Origin: a virus | Lineage: Duplodnaviria; Caudoviricetes | DNA: 45,778 bases | Direction: 5' to 3' (one strand) | Virus record (IMG/VR): IMGVR_UViG_3300044648_000086 | Location: 1-45,778 of that record | In this document: positions 43,377-45,778 of the stretch, in pieces | Layout of the letters: each line of letters opens with the position of its first letter | Position numbering within the stretch: the first letter of the stretch is position 1 | Position numbers and translations under genes: made by a program | The notes under the pieces: generated by a model | What the model was told of the DNA's origin: nothing | Seen by the model: the letters and a program-made list of their open reading frames with translations, nothing else | Database searches by the model: none

Positions 43377-45589
43377 CCACGCTGTACGGTGACCTGGAGA
43401 CCTACTGCGAGCGGCCGCTCAAGGACGGCACGCACCAGTACGCCGCCGCCGCGCACATCATGCTGTGGGCCTACGCGTTCGACGACGGCCCGGTCAAGGT
43501 CTGGGACTGCGTCAACGGCGAGGTGAGCTGGCACGAGCCGCTGCTCGACGAGCGCGTGACCGAAGCCACGCACACGATGCCCGACGACCTGTGGCGCGCG
43601 CTGTGCGACGAGAAGGTCGAGATCTGTTTCCACAACGTCGGGTTCGACCGCACCATCCTGCGGCACGCGGGCAGCGTGGTCGAGCGCACCGCCGCCCAAC
43701 AGCTGCACCGCTGGCGCTGCACGATGGCGCAGGCCCTGGCCCACTCCCTGCCCGGCGGCCTGGAGCGGCTGTGCGAAGTGTTGGACGTGGCGCAGGACCA
43801 GCGCAAGCTGAAGGTCGGCAAGGAACTGGTGCGCTTGTTCTGCATGCCCAGACCGAAGAACATGAAGCTGCGCCGCGCCACGAAGGCGACGCACCCGGAA
43901 GAGTGGCGCCGCTTCGTCGAGTACGCCGACGCCGACATCCTGGCCATGCGCGCGTGCCGCGCGAAGATGCCCAGCTGGAACTACACCGGCCGCGAGCTGG
44001 AGCTCTTTCACCTCGACGCGAAGATCAACGAGCGCGGCGTGGCCGTCGACCTGGAGTTCGCCCAGGCAGCCATTGAGGCCGCAGAGCGCGCGCAGCGGTC
44101 ACTCGCCGAGCAGACCGTGGAGATCACCGACGGCGCAGTGGGTAGCACCACCCAGCGCGACGCGCTGCTCGCCCACATCCTCGACGAGTACGGGGTCACG
44201 CTGCCCGACATGCAGGCCAGCACGCTCGAGCGGCGCGTGGACGACCCGAGCCTGCCGGCGCCGGTGCGCGAGCTGCTGGCCATCCGGTTGCAGGCCGGCC
44301 GCAACAGCACCAGCAAGTACGGCGCGCTGATCCGCGGCGCCAGCGAGGACGGACGCCTGCGCGGGCTGCTGCAGTTCTGCGGCGCCGGGCGAACGGGGCG
44401 GTGGTCTGGCCGGCTGTTCCAGCCCCAGAACCTTGCCCGCCCTGACGTGGCCGCGGCGGCCGAGTGGCACCGGCACGAGATCAAGACCAGCAAGTACCTG
44501 AAGCTGCGCAGCGCGCCTAACACCTCCGACGAGAACGTCGCCGAGTTCGTGAGCACCGGCATCGAAGCGATCCGCGCCGGCTGCGCCGACCTGCTGTTCG
44601 ACAACGTCATGGCAGTGGCCAGCTCCGCGGTGCGCGGCTGCCTGGTGGCACCTGCTGGCCGCAAGCTGGTGGTGTCCGACCTGGCCAACATCGAAGGCCG
44701 CGACGCGGCGTGGCTGGCCGGCGAGGACTGGAAGCTGCGCGCGTTCGCGGCATACGACGCGGGCACCGGCCCCGACCTCTACAAGCTCGCCTACGCGAAG
44801 GCCTTCCACGTCGACGCCGCCGACGTGAAAGGACCGAAGCGCCAGATCGGAAAGGTGATGGAGCTAATGCTCCAGTACGCCGGCGGCGTCGGCGCGTACC
44901 TGACCGGGGCACTTACCTACGGCATCGACCTGGAGGAAATGGCCGAGGACGCCTACGGGCTGCTGCCAACCGAGCTGCGCATCGAGGCTGAAGGCTTCCT
45001 GCAGTGGTCGCGCGATCAGAAGCGCAACACCTACGGGCTGAGCGACAAGGCTTTTGTGGTGTGCGACGCCTTCAAGCGTGGCTGGCGCAACGGCCAGCCG
45101 GCCATCGCGTCCTACTGGCCGGAGCTCGAGGAAACCGTGCGCGAGGCGATCCAGCACCCGGGCGTGACCCTCACCGCGCGCAAGCTGAAGGTGCGCCGCG
45201 ACGGCAACTGGCTGCGCATCGGCCTGCCCAGCGGCCGCGCCCTGTGCTACCCGTCGCCGCAGGTGAGCGACAGCGGCGAGATCACGTACATGGGGGTCAA
45301 CCAGTACAGCCGGCAGTGGCAACGCCTGAAGACCTACGGCGGAAAGCTGTTCGAGAACATCTGCCAAGCCGTCGCGCGCGACGTGATGGCCTGGAACATG
45401 CCCGCCATCGAGGCGGCCGGCTACCAGATCGTGCTCACCGTGCACGACGAGGTGGTGACCGAGGCTCCCGACTCCCCCGAATTCAACGCCGACCACCTGG
45501 GCCAACTGCTCGCGGCGACGCCGCCGTGGGGCGCGGGCATGCCGCTAGCTGCTGGCGGGTTCGAAGACTACCGCTACCGGAAGGATTAA
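43373..45589 (+). CDS. Family A DNA polymerase with 3'-5' exonuclease
   Basis: DLET, HN..FDR; TGRWSG; SDLANIE (motif A); RQIGKVMELMLQY (motif B); TVHDE (motif C). Confidence 0.95.
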   Translation: MTTLYGDLETYCERPLKDGTHQYAAAAHIMLWAYAFDDGPVKVWDCVNGEVSWHEPLLDERVTEATHTMPDDLWRALCDEKVEICFHNVGFDRTILRHAGSVVERTAAQQLHRWRCTMAQALAHSLPGGLERLCEVLDVAQDQRKLKVGKELVRLFCMPRPKNMKLRRATKATHPEEWRRFVEYADADILAMRACRAKMPSWNYTGRELELFHLDAKINERGVAVDLEFAQAAIEAAERAQRSLAEQTVEITDGAVGSTTQRDALLAHILDEYGVTLPDMQASTLERRVDDPSLPAPVRELLAIRLQAGRNSTSKYGALIRGASEDGRLRGLLQFCGAGRTGRWSGRLFQPQNLARPDVAAAAEWHRHEIKTSKYLKLRSAPNTSDENVAEFVSTGIEAIRAGCADLLFDNVMAVASSAVRGCLVAPAGRKLVVSDLANIEGRDAAWLAGEDWKLRAFAAYDAGTGPDLYKLAYAKAFHVDAADVKGPKRQIGKVMELMLQYAGGVGAYLTGALTYGIDLEEMAEDAYGLLPTELRIEAEGFLQWSRDQKRNTYGLSDKAFVVCDAFKRGWRNGQPAIASYWPELEETVREAIQHPGVTLTARKLKVRRDGNWLRIGLPSGRALCYPSPQVSDSGEITYMGVNQYSRQWQRLKTYGGKLFENICQAVARDVMAWNMPAIEAAGYQIVLTVHDEVVTEAPDSPEFNADHLGQLLAATPPWGAGMPLAAGGFEDYRYRKD

Positions 45590-45591
45590 TC

Positions 45592-45778
45592 GTGGGACAG
45601 CACGCAGACGATGCGCTGAACAACCTTATGGGCGGCGACCACGAAGGTGACTTCGGCTACTTCGCCCCGCGACGCAAGCCGCTTCGGCTCGCAAAGGAAG
45701 ACCTGACCTGCCGCAGCTGCGGCGCCGACTGCTACTGGCAGGAAGTTGTCGCCGGCGACGGGCAGATCAAGCCGCGCC
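45592..45778 (+). CDS. 5' part of the wrap-around 84-aa ORF (continues to 195)
   Basis: GTG after AAGGA; open frame continues into the overlap. Confidence 0.7.
   Translation, partial: MGQHADDALNNLMGGDHEGDFGYFAPRRKPLRLAKEDLTCRSCGADCYWQEVVAGDGQIKPR
45652..45778. repeat. Terminal direct overlap, copy 2
   Basis: Identical to 1-127. Confidence 0.95.

Noticed and set aside
45652-45778. Biological direct terminal repeat
   Set aside because: 127 bp equals a common assembler k-mer and falls mid-gene; an assembly overlap is more likely.

Overview
The window appears to be a complete temperate podovirus genome of about 45,651 bp in its circular or excised form. Bases 1-127 are repeated exactly at 45652-45778, and one ORF reads through that join. 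Gene order resembles Bordetella phage BPP-1 / APSE-type phages, and the host is probably a high-GC Burkholderiales bacterium (inference). The + strand carries CI, an early operon (DUF2800 nuclease, HNH-AP2, DUF2815 SSB, small accessory genes, family A DNA polymerase, VRR-NUC, SNF2 helicase, xis, int) and an attP containing the 3' part of tRNA-Leu(CAA). The - strand carries Cro, a helicase + DNA methyltransferase pair, a primase-helicase, a probable origin, the terminases, portal, capsid, a T7-like tail and ejection module, an SGNH tail spike and a lysis cassette. No reverse transcriptase or DGR is visible. The most notable unexplained signals are: (1) six frame-preserving junction motifs separating small accessory genes, like a cassette array (41.7-43.3 kb); (2) a six-copy putative late promoter, CGTACGCGC(GA)-N16-SAnnnT; (3) a duplicated terminator-promoter unit enclosing a ~100-nt RNA with an RBS-ATG-TAA start-stop, next to a second structured RNA downstream of the portal; (4) two membrane proteins plus an exported HNH nuclease coupled to cI; (5) a shared ADDF(D/E)xV peptide motif in four early/replication-region proteins. 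All family assignments come from motif recognition by eye, not database searches.
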